This document shows, piece after piece, positions 9,257 to 18,904 of a stretch of DNA of 64,000 nt. Each line of letters begins with the position of its first letter. Within the stretch, counting starts at the first letter, position 1. The stretch is from a virus, in the IMG/VR virus record IMGVR_UViG_3300042691_053485, positions 32,001-96,000 of that record; one strand, written 5' to 3'. Both the position numbers and the translations under genes were made by a program. A model generated the notes under the pieces. That model saw nothing but the letters and a program-made list of their open reading frames with translations. It made no database searches and was not told where the DNA came from.

Positions 9257-9826
9257 ATGAAGAAGTTTATAAAAAGTCAATTAATCTCCCTTAACGAGCA
9301 ATATAATAGTAATATCAATGTTAATTTTTGGAGATGGTTTGGTGACAGTAAAATTGTTGATAATTCCGCCAACCCGCAAATTGTATATCATCGCTCGAAT
9401 AGCGATTTTTCATCATTTGACCCCAAAAAACTTGGTAGTGCAACTGATAAAGGAATCCGAGGAATGGGCTACTATTTTAGTACAAGTGAAATAGCCAATC
9501 GGGGCTATGGAAGCAACTTATATGAAGTTTATCTTAAAATCGAAAACCCTTTCGATTTGTTACGCTTTGATTCTATGGAAGAACTTGCTGAATATCTTGA
9601 GGTTAGTCCTTCAATCTTTATTGATGATAAGGAAAGATTTGGTGGCAGGTCTGTTAAAGTTTATTCGGGATTTGAGGGACTTTTAAGTGATAGCGTAAGT
9701 GATAAAGGTTACGATGGAATCATACATGGGACAACGCATGAAATCGTGGCATTTTATCCCAATCAAATAAAATCAATTCATAACGATGGGACTTGGGATT
9801 GGGGGGACAATAATATTTATTCTTAA
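9257..9826 (+). CDS. ADP-ribosyltransferase-like protein (ART-PolyVal type) with an xxE leader
   Basis: WFGDSKIVD...VYH, GYYFS, EVYLKIENP, GYDGII, EIVAFYPNQIKS; leader MKKFIKSQLISLNE; TATTTATT at 9229-9236. Confidence 0.75.
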   Translation: MKKFIKSQLISLNEQYNSNINVNFWRWFGDSKIVDNSANPQIVYHRSNSDFSSFDPKKLGSATDKGIRGMGYYFSTSEIANRGYGSNLYEVYLKIENPFDLLRFDSMEELAEYLEVSPSIFIDDKERFGGRSVKVYSGFEGLLSDSVSDKGYDGIIHGTTHEIVAFYPNQIKSIHNDGTWDWGDNNIYS

Positions 9827-9935
9827 AGGCGGTTAAAGAATATTTGAACAGAGTGTAACATTTCTAAACATTGGTATATTAATTGCCACATGGTGTATAA
9901 GTTTTTCGGATTATAGCAGATAAAATAAGCAGAAA

Positions 9936-11186
9936 ATGCAATACAAGTCATTAAAGATAAGATTAGAGCCTACAAGGTTGCAGGGGCAGATGTTTGCAAA
10001 ACATGCAGGCACAGCTCGTCATGCCTACAATCAGGCTTTGAGCTATTGCAATGACTTATTCAAAGATGGGAAATCAATCCCTTCCGCCATCACACTTCAC
10101 AAATGGCTTGTAGCAACGGTGAAAAAGGAGTACTCTTGGTATTATGAGGTGTCAAAATGTGCCCCACAACAAGCACTTAGAAATCTCGAAACGGCATACA
10201 AGAACTTTCACCGCCTGCAAAAGCAATCCGGATACAAGCTTCTTCACTATAAAATTGTAAATGGAGTCAAAGTATCCACAGGTCTACAAGGATTACCAAG
10301 ATACAAGAAGAAAGGAAGAGGCGATTCATTCTATTTAGAAGGAACTGCAAAATACCCCATAAAAATTGAAAGAAACAAGGTTAAACTACCAAAAATAGGA
10401 TGGGTAAAACTATCCGAAACTTTGGATGTTGAATCAATAAAAAACTGTACGATAAGCAGGACTGCTGACCACTGGTTCATCTCATTCAGAGTCGAACACA
10501 TTCCAGCTATCACAAAAAAGAAAGAACTTGTCGTTGGTGTTGACTTGGGTGTAAAAACCTTGGCAACACTCAGTAATGGAGAAATATTCAAAAATGAAAA
10601 GCCTTATAGAAAGGCAAAAGAAAAACTCAGAAGGCAACAAAAAGAGGTGAGCAGAAGATTTGTTAGGAGTGCTGAAAACCAAAGCAACAACTACAAAAAA
10701 TCTGTTCAAAAGCTTGCAAAAATACATGCAAGGGTTGCAAATGTAAGAAAGGACTGTCTTCACAAACTGACGACCTATCTGACCAAGAACTTTGAAGTGG
10801 TGGTGATAGAGGATTTGAAGGTGAAGAACATGGTGAAAAACAAAAAGCTTGCATCAGCAATCCTTGACGGTGGATTTTTTGAGTTCAAAAGGCAACTTCT
10901 CTACAAAAAAGCATGGTATGGAGGAGAAGTCATTTTGGCGGACACCTTTTTTGCCAGCAGCAAGTTGTGTTCGAACTGCGGCAACAAGAAACCAAGTTTG
11001 AAACTTTCCGAGAGAAAATATGCTTGCAATTCCTGCCACCTCGAAATTGATAGGGATTTGAATGCGAGCATCAATCTGAAAAATTTGGCGGTGAGTTCCA
11101 CCGTGTCAGCCCTTGGAGATGGGAGTTCGGTGCTTTTCAGCACCCAGCCTGTCGATGAATTGGGAACAAAAATTGCACATGTTTAA
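9936..11186 (+). CDS. tnpB: TnpB RNA-guided endonuclease
   Basis: RuvC motifs VGVDLG, VIEDL, DRDLNA intact; CxxC..CxxC zinc finger; N-terminal HAGTARHAYN. Confidence 0.93.
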   Translation: MQYKSLKIRLEPTRLQGQMFAKHAGTARHAYNQALSYCNDLFKDGKSIPSAITLHKWLVATVKKEYSWYYEVSKCAPQQALRNLETAYKNFHRLQKQSGYKLLHYKIVNGVKVSTGLQGLPRYKKKGRGDSFYLEGTAKYPIKIERNKVKLPKIGWVKLSETLDVESIKNCTISRTADHWFISFRVEHIPAITKKKELVVGVDLGVKTLATLSNGEIFKNEKPYRKAKEKLRRQQKEVSRRFVRSAENQSNNYKKSVQKLAKIHARVANVRKDCLHKLTTYLTKNFEVVVIEDLKVKNMVKNKKLASAILDGGFFEFKRQLLYKKAWYGGEVILADTFFASSKLCSNCGNKKPSLKLSERKYACNSCHLEIDRDLNASINLKNLAVSSTVSALGDGSSVLFSTQPVDELGTKIAHV

Positions 11187-11210
11187 CTTTGTGCAAGTTT
11201 TTGGGAACGG
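11050..11210 (+). ncRNA. Predicted TnpB omega/reRNA scaffold overlapping the tnpB 3' end
   Basis: 3' region conserved in both copies, TGCACA/TGTGCA hairpin, terminal GAACGG; 5' boundary is a guess. Confidence 0.5.
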
Positions 11211-11265
11211 ATGTGTCTGACTCGAATATCTTCTCCTAAAGAAGCTTATAACTTTCATTTGGATA

Positions 11266-11273
11266 TATTTATA
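11266..11273 (+). promoter_or_regulatory. Putative late promoter TATTTATA heading LRR cluster 1
   Basis: 10 nt before ATG 11284; ORFs follow closely spaced to 16454. Confidence 0.55.
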
Positions 11274-11283
11274 GAGAAATCAA

Positions 11284-11856
11284 ATGAAAGTTTTAATATC
11301 TGAAGAATTTGCAAAAAACTATATGTTTTTTCAAAATATCCAAACCATACACAATCTTACAGGAAAGATGTTATCTGCTAACGAAAAAGAAGTAGATGAA
11401 CTCCTTATGAAACATAATTGGGCTATTGACCATATTGCAACCTCAGCGGATGATGTCCAAGAGGTTGCAAATTTTATTTTAGGTGAATTAGAAGAATCAT
11501 TCGAAGCTTTGAAATCTCATAAGAAATTTAAAAACATCGTTGGAGAGTCTTATAAATTTCAAATTAAGGAGGCTGAATATCAAGGAAAAAAAGTGCAATT
11601 AAATAAGCCGTTTAGGCAAGCATATAGCGGAAAGAAATTTGCAGTTTATGTCAAAACCCCAAAGGGTAACGTTAAAAAGGTGAGATTTGGTGCACAGGGT
11701 TATAAGGTTAGAAACGATAACAAAGGAGCTGCAAAAAGCTTTAAGAAACGTCATAAGTGTGACCAAAAAACAGATAAAACTACTCCGGGATATTGGAGTT
11801 GTAATATTGCAAGATACAGAAAAGCATTGGGGCTTTCCTCTGCATCTCAATGGTAA
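11284..11856 (+). CDS. Hypothetical protein with an ISE leader and a basic C-terminal domain common in T4-like phages
   Basis: MKVLISEE; KKFAVYVK.PKGNVKKVRFG...SFKKRHKC...PGYWSC. Confidence 0.6.
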   Translation: MKVLISEEFAKNYMFFQNIQTIHNLTGKMLSANEKEVDELLMKHNWAIDHIATSADDVQEVANFILGELEESFEALKSHKKFKNIVGESYKFQIKEAEYQGKKVQLNKPFRQAYSGKKFAVYVKTPKGNVKKVRFGAQGYKVRNDNKGAAKSFKKRHKCDQKTDKTTPGYWSCNIARYRKALGLSSASQW

Positions 11857-11871
11857 AAATTTAAACTTCTT

Positions 11872-12864
11872 ATGAATATAAAAAAGTTAAACGAAACATT
11901 CGACCGAATGAGCAAATCAGGCTTGTTCGGGAAACAAAGACCAATTCTATCCGAGAATTGGAGTCAAGAAGACATCCAAAAAATGAAGCAAATGCTTGCT
12001 TCAGGGGATATGGATAATATTAAGCTCGTTGAGCAGATGACTTCACCTCATCTTTTCAGAGATTTGGTGGATAGTGTTTATGGGGAGTTATTATCCTTTG
12101 CAAATAAAAAAGGCAGAGATGCTGGAGACATAACTTGGCTTTTTAGTAGGGGGGTATTGTATGCAAACAATACGCAACTAAGTACTGTTCCTGAAAACAT
12201 TGGAATTCTGAGTGGATTAGTGACATTGTTTTTGGAAGACAACAACCTGAGCAGCCTTCCGGAATCCATCGGCAACTTACATAATTTGGAAAGGTTAAAT
12301 TTGGGTAACAACAACCTGAGCAGCCTTCCGGAATCCATCGGCAACTTGCAGAATTTGCAACGGTTGGATTTATTCGGTAATAATCTGAGCAGCCTGCCGG
12401 AATCCATCGGCAACTTACATAATTTGGAAAGGTTAAATTTGGGTAACAACAACCTGAGCAGCCTTCCGGAATCCATTGGCAACTTGCAGAATTTGCAAGA
12501 GTTGGATTTGTCTAACAACAAGCTGAGTAACCTTACTAAAGGCTTCGAAAAATTGACAAAATTGACAAAACTCGGTTTAGCTCACAATAACCTCATTATA
12601 TTACCTGAAAGTATCAATAATTTAAGCCTATTAGAGATGTTAGATTTAACAGGAAATGGATTGCACACTCTTTCCGAAAGTATAGGAAATTTGAGTCAAT
12701 TAACAAATTTGAGTTTACGTAATAATAATCTGGAAACTCTCCCTCATAGCATCAGTAGCTTGAGTAGATTGAAGCGTTTATCGTTAGGGAGGAACAAATT
12801 TTCAAATACTGAAATTGAACGTATACAAACAATGCTTCCAAACTGTGGAATTTTTAATTTTTAA
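11872..12864 (+). CDS. LRR protein 1 (leader type A)
   Basis: 23-aa LPESIGNL repeats, LASGDMDNIKLV N-cap, LPNC C-cap; 138-bp internal duplication. Confidence 0.92.
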   Translation: MNIKKLNETFDRMSKSGLFGKQRPILSENWSQEDIQKMKQMLASGDMDNIKLVEQMTSPHLFRDLVDSVYGELLSFANKKGRDAGDITWLFSRGVLYANNTQLSTVPENIGILSGLVTLFLEDNNLSSLPESIGNLHNLERLNLGNNNLSSLPESIGNLQNLQRLDLFGNNLSSLPESIGNLHNLERLNLGNNNLSSLPESIGNLQNLQELDLSNNKLSNLTKGFEKLTKLTKLGLAHNNLIILPESINNLSLLEMLDLTGNGLHTLSESIGNLSQLTNLSLRNNNLETLPHSISSLSRLKRLSLGRNKFSNTEIERIQTMLPNCGIFNF

Positions 12865-12871
12865 TGTCATT

Positions 12872-13876
12872 ATGGATATAAAAAAAGTAAACGAAACATT
12901 CGACCGAATGAGCAAATCAGGCTTGTTCGGGAAAATACAAGAGGAGGTGTTTGATATAAAATCAAAGCTCACAAGCCTTCTAAAATCCGGAACACCGGAT
13001 AACATTGAACTTGCCATCATGGTAGCACAGGGTCAAGAGTTTGATATTGATGACTTGGTAGAAGAGCTTTTTGACTTGCAGTTTTGGATGGATAATCTTG
13101 ATGGTATTCCCCGGACAAGCAAGGTGGAAGCACTCCGTTTTTTGCTGTCAAAAACTATCATAAACCTTTACAGCAAAGGATTGTCGGAACTTTCTGAATC
13201 CATCGGCAACTTGCAGCATTTGCAAGAGTTGTATTTGTATAACAACAACCTGAGCAGCCTTCCGGAATCCATCGGCAACTTGCAGAATTTGAAAGTGTTG
13301 AATTTGGGTGAGAACAAGCTGAACAGCCTTCCGGAATCCATCGGCAACTTGCAGCATTTGCAAAGGTTGGGTTTGTATAACAACAACCTGAGCAATTTGC
13401 CGGAATCCATCGGCAACTTGCAGAATTTGCAAAGGTTAGGTTTGGGTAACAACAACCTGAGCAGCCTTCTGGAATCCTTCGGCAACTTGCAGAATTCGGA
13501 AACGTTGTCTTTGGCTAACAACAACCTGAGCAGCCTTCCTGAATCCATCGGCAACTTGCAGAATTTGCAAGAGTTGTATTTGTATAACAACAACCTGAGC
13601 AGCCTTCCGGAATCCATCGGCAACTTGCAGAATTTGAAAGGGTTGTATTTGCGTGGCAACAACCTGAGCAGCCTTCCGGAATCCATCGGTAACTTGCAAA
13701 ATTTGATAAGATTGGATTTATTTGATAACAACTTGAGCAGCTTGCCTGAATCTATCGGCAACTTGCAGAATTTGCAAGGGTTGAATTTGGGTAACAATAA
13801 TTTTCCTGAAGCTGAAAAGGAACGCATACAAAGAATGCTCCCAAACTGTAAAATATCTTTTAAACGAATACCATAA
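12872..13876 (+). CDS. LRR protein 2 (leader A plus body B), 9 canonical repeats
   Basis: Start reassigned to ATG 12872 by similarity to paralog starts; LKSGTPDNIELA; ends EKERIQRMLPNCKISF. Confidence 0.93.
   Translation: MDIKKVNETFDRMSKSGLFGKIQEEVFDIKSKLTSLLKSGTPDNIELAIMVAQGQEFDIDDLVEELFDLQFWMDNLDGIPRTSKVEALRFLLSKTIINLYSKGLSELSESIGNLQHLQELYLYNNNLSSLPESIGNLQNLKVLNLGENKLNSLPESIGNLQHLQRLGLYNNNLSNLPESIGNLQNLQRLGLGNNNLSSLLESFGNLQNSETLSLANNNLSSLPESIGNLQNLQELYLYNNNLSSLPESIGNLQNLKGLYLRGNNLSSLPESIGNLQNLIRLDLFDNNLSSLPESIGNLQNLQGLNLGNNNFPEAEKERIQRMLPNCKISFKRIP
13190..13800 (+). repeat. Tandem 69-bp LRR-coding repeats, GC-richer than the flanks
   Basis: Framework AACAACCTGAGCAGCCTTCCGGAATCCATCGGCAACTTGCAGAATTTG plus a variable block. 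Confidence 0.95.
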
Positions 13877-13878
13877 TA

Positions 13879-14766
13879 ATGAAAAACCCAAGACTTATCA
13901 TAACCGAAAAACAGGCAAAATTCGCCAAAAAAAACCTTTTTGAGGATGATAACCCCGAAGAAGTTCAAAAACTTCGTGAGATGTTATTCAGTGGTTCAAA
14001 GGAAACTATTAAAATTGCCCTTGAAGTTTCAGCTTCTTTGGGATATGATATTTCTTTGGATGTGTTCCCTGAATATATAGAACTTCAAAAGTTTTTCGTA
14101 ACACAAAAACCCGCAGGATTAGAGGATTCTTTCTATTCTATCCCAAATATAAAAAACTCACAAGCTCTTTCGGATTGGATTTTATCAATGTCCCAACGAC
14201 AATCTGCATATTTTGCAAATGTTAATAGTAATAATCTTCCACAGGGTGTTGCTATACTAGCGTCTTTGGTTGACTTAACATTGTCTGGCACATTTAGAGT
14301 CTTACCACCTGAATTAGGGAGTTTGCAGAATCTGCAAAGAATACATATTCGAAAGGGGATGTCGTTATCTGACATAAGTATCGTTTCACAACTTCAGAAT
14401 TTGCAGACCTTTGTTTGCAGTAACACTCGGACTTCAGACATAACACCCTTTTATAACACAAATATCAGAACGTTAAAGGTTGCAGATTCAAGAGTGAGTA
14501 AGACCGTGGTTATAAAAAATATGCCAAATTTACAAAGTTTACAATTAAACGGTAATATTGGTCTTAGGAATTTAGTTATTGAATCTGCCCCTAACCTAAT
14601 TGATATTTTCATCGAGGATTGCGACTTAGATGTACTTCCTGAAATATCTCACCTTCCAAACCTCCAACAAATTAATATACCTATTACAAGTCGAACTAAA
14701 CCACAAATTGCGGCTTATGTAGAAAAGAATAAAAACGTAAATGTTGTTATAAATCGATGGGCGTAA
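13879..14766 (+). CDS. LRR protein 3 (divergent repeats, ITE leader)
   Basis: MKNPRLIITEKQ; LFSGSKETIKIA; LPPELGSLQNL, LSDISIVSQLQNL. Confidence 0.85.
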   Translation: MKNPRLIITEKQAKFAKKNLFEDDNPEEVQKLREMLFSGSKETIKIALEVSASLGYDISLDVFPEYIELQKFFVTQKPAGLEDSFYSIPNIKNSQALSDWILSMSQRQSAYFANVNSNNLPQGVAILASLVDLTLSGTFRVLPPELGSLQNLQRIHIRKGMSLSDISIVSQLQNLQTFVCSNTRTSDITPFYNTNIRTLKVADSRVSKTVVIKNMPNLQSLQLNGNIGLRNLVIESAPNLIDIFIEDCDLDVLPEISHLPNLQQINIPITSRTKPQIAAYVEKNKNVNVVINRWA

Positions 14767-14768
14767 AA

Positions 14769-15632
14769 ATGGATATAAATAACCTTAACGAAATAATGAA
14801 GAAGCGTTTGGATGAAGGCTTCTTTGGGAACATACAAGAGGAAGATGAGTTTGATATAAAATCAAAGCTCACAGGTCTTCTAAAATCCGGAACACCGGAT
14901 AATATTGAACTTGCCATCATGATAGCACAGGGTCAGGAGTTTGATATTAATGACTTGGTAGAAGAGCTTTTTGATTTGAATTTTTGGATAGATAATCTCA
15001 AACGCATTCCCCAGACAAGCAAGTCCGAAGCTCTCAGTTTTTTGCTTGCACAAACTGCGATTGACCTTTCCAACAAAGGATTGCCAGCACTTCCTGAATC
15101 CATCGGCAACTTGCAGAATTTGGAATGGTTGAATTTAGATGGAAACAACTTGAGCAGTCTACCCGAATCCATTGGCAATTTGCATAATTTGAAATGGTTG
15201 GGTTTGAATGAGAATGACCTGCACAGACTTCCTGAATCCATCGGCAACTTACAGAATTTGGAATGGTTGGGTTTGTCTAACAGCAACCTGAGTAACCTGC
15301 CTGAATCAATCAGCAACTTGCAGAATTTAAAAAAGTTGTGGTTGGCTGGCAACAACTTGAATAGCCTGCCTGAAAGCATTGGAAATTTGCAGAATTTGGA
15401 AATGTTGGATTTAGGCCGCAATAACCTGAATAGCCTACCTGAAAGCATTGGAAATTTGCAGAATTTGGAAAAGTTGTGGTTGGAATCTAACAATTTAAGA
15501 AGTGTTCCTGAATCATTATACCTATTAAGGGGGTTGAACCGTTTAAACACAAGTGAAAACCCATTGCCTGAAGAAATTCAAGCCTCAATAAAGAAATTTT
15601 GCATTTACACCTCAATTGCACACGACCTATAG
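14769..15632 (+). CDS. LRR protein 4 (leader type B)
   Basis: MDINNLNEIMKKRLDEG; LKSGTPDNIELA; six canonical repeats, Trp-rich variable face. Confidence 0.93.
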   Translation: MDINNLNEIMKKRLDEGFFGNIQEEDEFDIKSKLTGLLKSGTPDNIELAIMIAQGQEFDINDLVEELFDLNFWIDNLKRIPQTSKSEALSFLLAQTAIDLSNKGLPALPESIGNLQNLEWLNLDGNNLSSLPESIGNLHNLKWLGLNENDLHRLPESIGNLQNLEWLGLSNSNLSNLPESISNLQNLKKLWLAGNNLNSLPESIGNLQNLEMLDLGRNNLNSLPESIGNLQNLEKLWLESNNLRSVPESLYLLRGLNRLNTSENPLPEEIQASIKKFCIYTSIAHDL

Positions 15633-16454
15633 ATGAAAACCTTTATAAGAAAAATATTAAGAGAACAAAGTGAACTTCCATTGGATTCTAAGTTTCAAAA
15701 GTGGTTTAATGGAAGTAAAATAACCACTGAATCAGGAACTCCTATGATATGTTATCATGGTACAAATGACCCTAACATAAAAGTTTTTGATTTGTCAAAA
15801 ATTGGGGCACATTCAGGCAATTATGGACATTATGGATATGGATTTTACTTTTCGGAAGATAAAGGGGAGGCAATGACTTATGGGAATGTAGTTTACGAAT
15901 GTTTCATAAGAATTATCAATCCATTCATTGGAAGTAAAGAGCAAATCATTGAACTTAAAAACGCAGGAGTCAGCGGAATCGATGATTTGGAGATTTTGTC
16001 AATAGATTTTCAAAGTTTCAAAAATTCACTAAGAGTAATTCCAATTTTATACAGTTTTGTTGAAGCATTCCAAAAGGAGGGTATGGAGGCAGCATGGGAT
16101 ATGTATCACCAATCCCAACATGATAATTTAGCTGACAAAGTGCAGATGGTTTCGGATATCCTTGAATTTACAACGTTTAATAAAAATGTTGATGGAGTTC
16201 CACAATATATTTTAGATAACATAGAGGCACTAGGAATTTCCCCTAAACTTAATAAGGGGCTGTCCTATGACCATCCATTACACTTTATAACAGATTTGGG
16301 TAGTAGAAGCAAAGAAATTACGGAGGTTATAAAGAAATTAGGGTATGACGGTGTCCATTATGGTTCAGAAATTGTTCCATTTTACCCCAACCAAATAAAG
16401 TCAATTCATAATGATGGGACTTGGAACTTACATGACAATAATATTTATTCTTAG
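15633..16454 (+). CDS. Second ART-PolyVal-like protein, with an internal insertion and an LRE leader
   Basis: WFNGSKI...CYHGT, GYGFYFS, LGYDGV, EIVPFYPNQIKSIHNDGTW...NNIYS, same ending as 9257..9826. Confidence 0.75.
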   Translation: MKTFIRKILREQSELPLDSKFQKWFNGSKITTESGTPMICYHGTNDPNIKVFDLSKIGAHSGNYGHYGYGFYFSEDKGEAMTYGNVVYECFIRIINPFIGSKEQIIELKNAGVSGIDDLEILSIDFQSFKNSLRVIPILYSFVEAFQKEGMEAAWDMYHQSQHDNLADKVQMVSDILEFTTFNKNVDGVPQYILDNIEALGISPKLNKGLSYDHPLHFITDLGSRSKEITEVIKKLGYDGVHYGSEIVPFYPNQIKSIHNDGTWNLHDNNIYS

Positions 16455-16544
16455 ATAGAATTCAATGAAAATAATTTGTCTCCTGAAAATGAGCAAGAGC
16501 TTATTAGATATGGTGAAGCGAATAACATTGATTGGAATACTTAA
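16455..16544 (+). pseudogene. Probable orphan LRR C-terminal cap remnant
   Basis: In frame after the ART stop: IEFNENNLSPENEQELIRYGEANNIDWNT*, similar to the C-caps of LRR4 and LRR8. Confidence 0.35.
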
Positions 16545-16574
16545 TGTTAAATGATATATTTATAAACAAAAGAA

Positions 16575-18008
16575 ATGTACTGGCGCACCTATTTTGATAA
16601 AGATACAGTTATAATAAAAGATTCAACCGTTAATCTAGGTAAGAATCCCGTTACCGAACTCTTTTATGGTGGGACTTATGAAGCCCCGACTTATTCAAGA
16701 TATCTTTTCCACTTTCCAATTGAAAAGCTCAGGGAGTTGTATTCAGATTGCCAACTTGGAGACTTATCAAGAGTAAATCATACATTAGTGCTTAAACCAA
16801 CCCGATATTTCGGGTCTATTGACAAGACAACTGAATGTCTTGCAACAGCCTATGATTTGTGCTTATTTCGCACAAGGCAGGAGTGGTTGGAGGGATGTGG
16901 CTATGATTTTGAATGTAATGAAGGTTGCAATGGTTATGTTAGCCCGAATTGCAATACGTCTTTTGGGGAAGCAAACTGGTTTTACGCAAAACCTGATGAA
17001 AGATGGGAGATTGATGGAGTCTATGATGCTTTTTCCGCAGAAACAATGATAATTACTGGGGATACATATTTTTCCGGCGAACCAATATATTTGGCTTGTA
17101 AAGCTGAGGCATGCGATGACTGCCTATTTAAACTTGACATGACGGAACTTGTTAACCAATTAATAACCGGAGATACACCAAATTATGGTTTTGGACTGGC
17201 ATTTAACAATAGTTATGAATTAAATCCCAAAGGAGTTACCAAATACTTAGGATTTTACAGTTCTCAAACCACAAACTTTTTTAAGCCTTTCATTGAAACT
17301 ACATATTTCAATCCAATTTTGGATGACAGGCATGAATTTTATACCGAAAAGGAAAATTGGCTTTACCTCTATGTAAATGTTAAGGGTGAGCCAACAAATT
17401 TGGATGAAAATCCTATCGTTACGATTTATGATGAGTTTGATACAGTTTATACCACTGTCACAGGCGAATGTGTAACAAAAGGAGTTTATGGAATTTCATT
17501 GGAAGTTTCTCCAACCGGAGAAACTTCTGAATGTGCAGTTTGGAGAGATGTTTGGTCAAATATCAAAATAAATGGTAGAGTATTAAAAGATGCTGAACAG
17601 GAATTTCAAGTGAAATCTAGTGATTCATACTATCAAATCGGAACCCAAACTTATTCACCTAAAGAATTCGGGTTTAGATATCGTGGAGTAAAAAGAGAGG
17701 AAAAAATCAGAAGGGGTGATATTCGAAAGGTTGTAGTTGAAGTGTTTGAGGCATATAAACACAACAAAAAAGTTGTTATTGATAATCTGTATTATAGATT
17801 ATACGTGAAAGAGGGTAGTGAGCAGCTTGATGTAATTCCTTGGACACCTGTTAATATAGGTGCTTGCGAAAATTACATCTACCTTTATAGCGAATGGTTG
17901 ATACCACAGATATATTACATCGATTTTAAAGCAGTATCAAATCAAGAGGAAAGAACATATCCTAACGAAATTAAATTTATCATATTAGACGACAACGCAG
18001 TATGTTAA
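16575..18008 (+). CDS. Cys-rich putative virion structural protein
   Basis: TATTTATA at 16557-16564; beta-rich; W..ANW...W...G pattern seen in large-phage structural proteins. Confidence 0.55.
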   Translation: MYWRTYFDKDTVIIKDSTVNLGKNPVTELFYGGTYEAPTYSRYLFHFPIEKLRELYSDCQLGDLSRVNHTLVLKPTRYFGSIDKTTECLATAYDLCLFRTRQEWLEGCGYDFECNEGCNGYVSPNCNTSFGEANWFYAKPDERWEIDGVYDAFSAETMIITGDTYFSGEPIYLACKAEACDDCLFKLDMTELVNQLITGDTPNYGFGLAFNNSYELNPKGVTKYLGFYSSQTTNFFKPFIETTYFNPILDDRHEFYTEKENWLYLYVNVKGEPTNLDENPIVTIYDEFDTVYTTVTGECVTKGVYGISLEVSPTGETSECAVWRDVWSNIKINGRVLKDAEQEFQVKSSDSYYQIGTQTYSPKEFGFRYRGVKREEKIRRGDIRKVVVEVFEAYKHNKKVVIDNLYYRLYVKEGSEQLDVIPWTPVNIGACENYIYLYSEWLIPQIYYIDFKAVSNQEERTYPNEIKFIILDDNAVC

Positions 18009-18904
18009 AGAAGCTTATTGTGTCAGAATCCATTTTTGACAAATTACAGTACCGCCAAGGAGATTTTAAATTTTCATCTGAAATTCAGGAGATTTCTAAC
18101 GAAATCAAAGAGTTTCTTTTGGAGGTTTCAAAATCTCCTGAACTATTTGAAAAACTTCGTAAGAATGGATGTGTCCACATAGGAAAAGAATTTATCGCCA
18201 TCAGATTTAATTTTGATAACTGCATTCTTTTAGATTCTTTTGATGGGGAATTTCTTTTGGGATTTTCAACTTCTTTGGGGGCTAAAACCCACCAAGGCAG
18301 AAAAGGATTCTTTTATCACAATCCAACTACTGAATCATGCCACATCAATCTTGTTATCAACCATCAATTTTCCAACGAAGAATTGATAAGTGAGTTAGCA
18401 GCAATATTTGATATGCGGAGGAAGACTTTCGCCCACGAATTCGCCCACTATTTAGACCACAATAAAAGTAGTGGTAAATTTGCTCAAGGATATGATGACA
18501 ATATAAAAAATCCGGAATATTCGAAACAGCAAGCTGAAGTAAATGCAATCTTCAAACAAGTTACATCTGAATTTTACAGCGATTTCAAAAGTGAATATGA
18601 ATCTCATTTGAAGTCTTGGAATGAGAATTCTAATAGCATCATCCAAGATATGATTGACATTGATGATGTAGAGGAAGGATTGAGTGAGCAACAATATTTT
18701 GACTTATATTTGACAGAGTTGTGGGTGCATAGTTCTGTCTGCAATATTGATTATCATTTAAACTTGATTTTAGACGATATTATTGTAAAGACGGGCGAAT
18801 TGTCACCGAGTCAGAAAAAACATCTCACAGGCAGAATCTATGTCTTCCTGAACAACATAAATGACCAGTTCGGAATCAATTGTAAATTGAAGATGAAATA
18901 TTAG
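18002..18904 (+). CDS. Zincin-like metallopeptidase with a VSE leader
   Basis: TFAHEFAHYLD plus downstream EVNA; paralog at 46352. Confidence 0.6.
   Translation: MLKKLIVSESIFDKLQYRQGDFKFSSEIQEISNEIKEFLLEVSKSPELFEKLRKNGCVHIGKEFIAIRFNFDNCILLDSFDGEFLLGFSTSLGAKTHQGRKGFFYHNPTTESCHINLVINHQFSNEELISELAAIFDMRRKTFAHEFAHYLDHNKSSGKFAQGYDDNIKNPEYSKQQAEVNAIFKQVTSEFYSDFKSEYESHLKSWNENSNSIIQDMIDIDDVEEGLSEQQYFDLYLTELWVHSSVCNIDYHLNLILDDIIVKTGELSPSQKKHLTGRIYVFLNNINDQFGINCKLKMKY

Larger units (their letters stand above)
9832..11210 (+). mobile_element. Non-autonomous IS607/IS605-like element, tnpB only (copy 1)
   Basis: Boundaries set by similarity to copy 2: starts GTTAAA.AATATTTGAAC, ends GTTTTTG.GAACGG; no tnpA. 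Confidence 0.85.

Noticed and set aside
13190-13800. 69-bp repeats with variable inserts as a possible CRISPR array
   Set aside because: Period is a multiple of three within an intact ORF, the variable part is only about 20 nt with fixed Leu codons, and no cas genes are present
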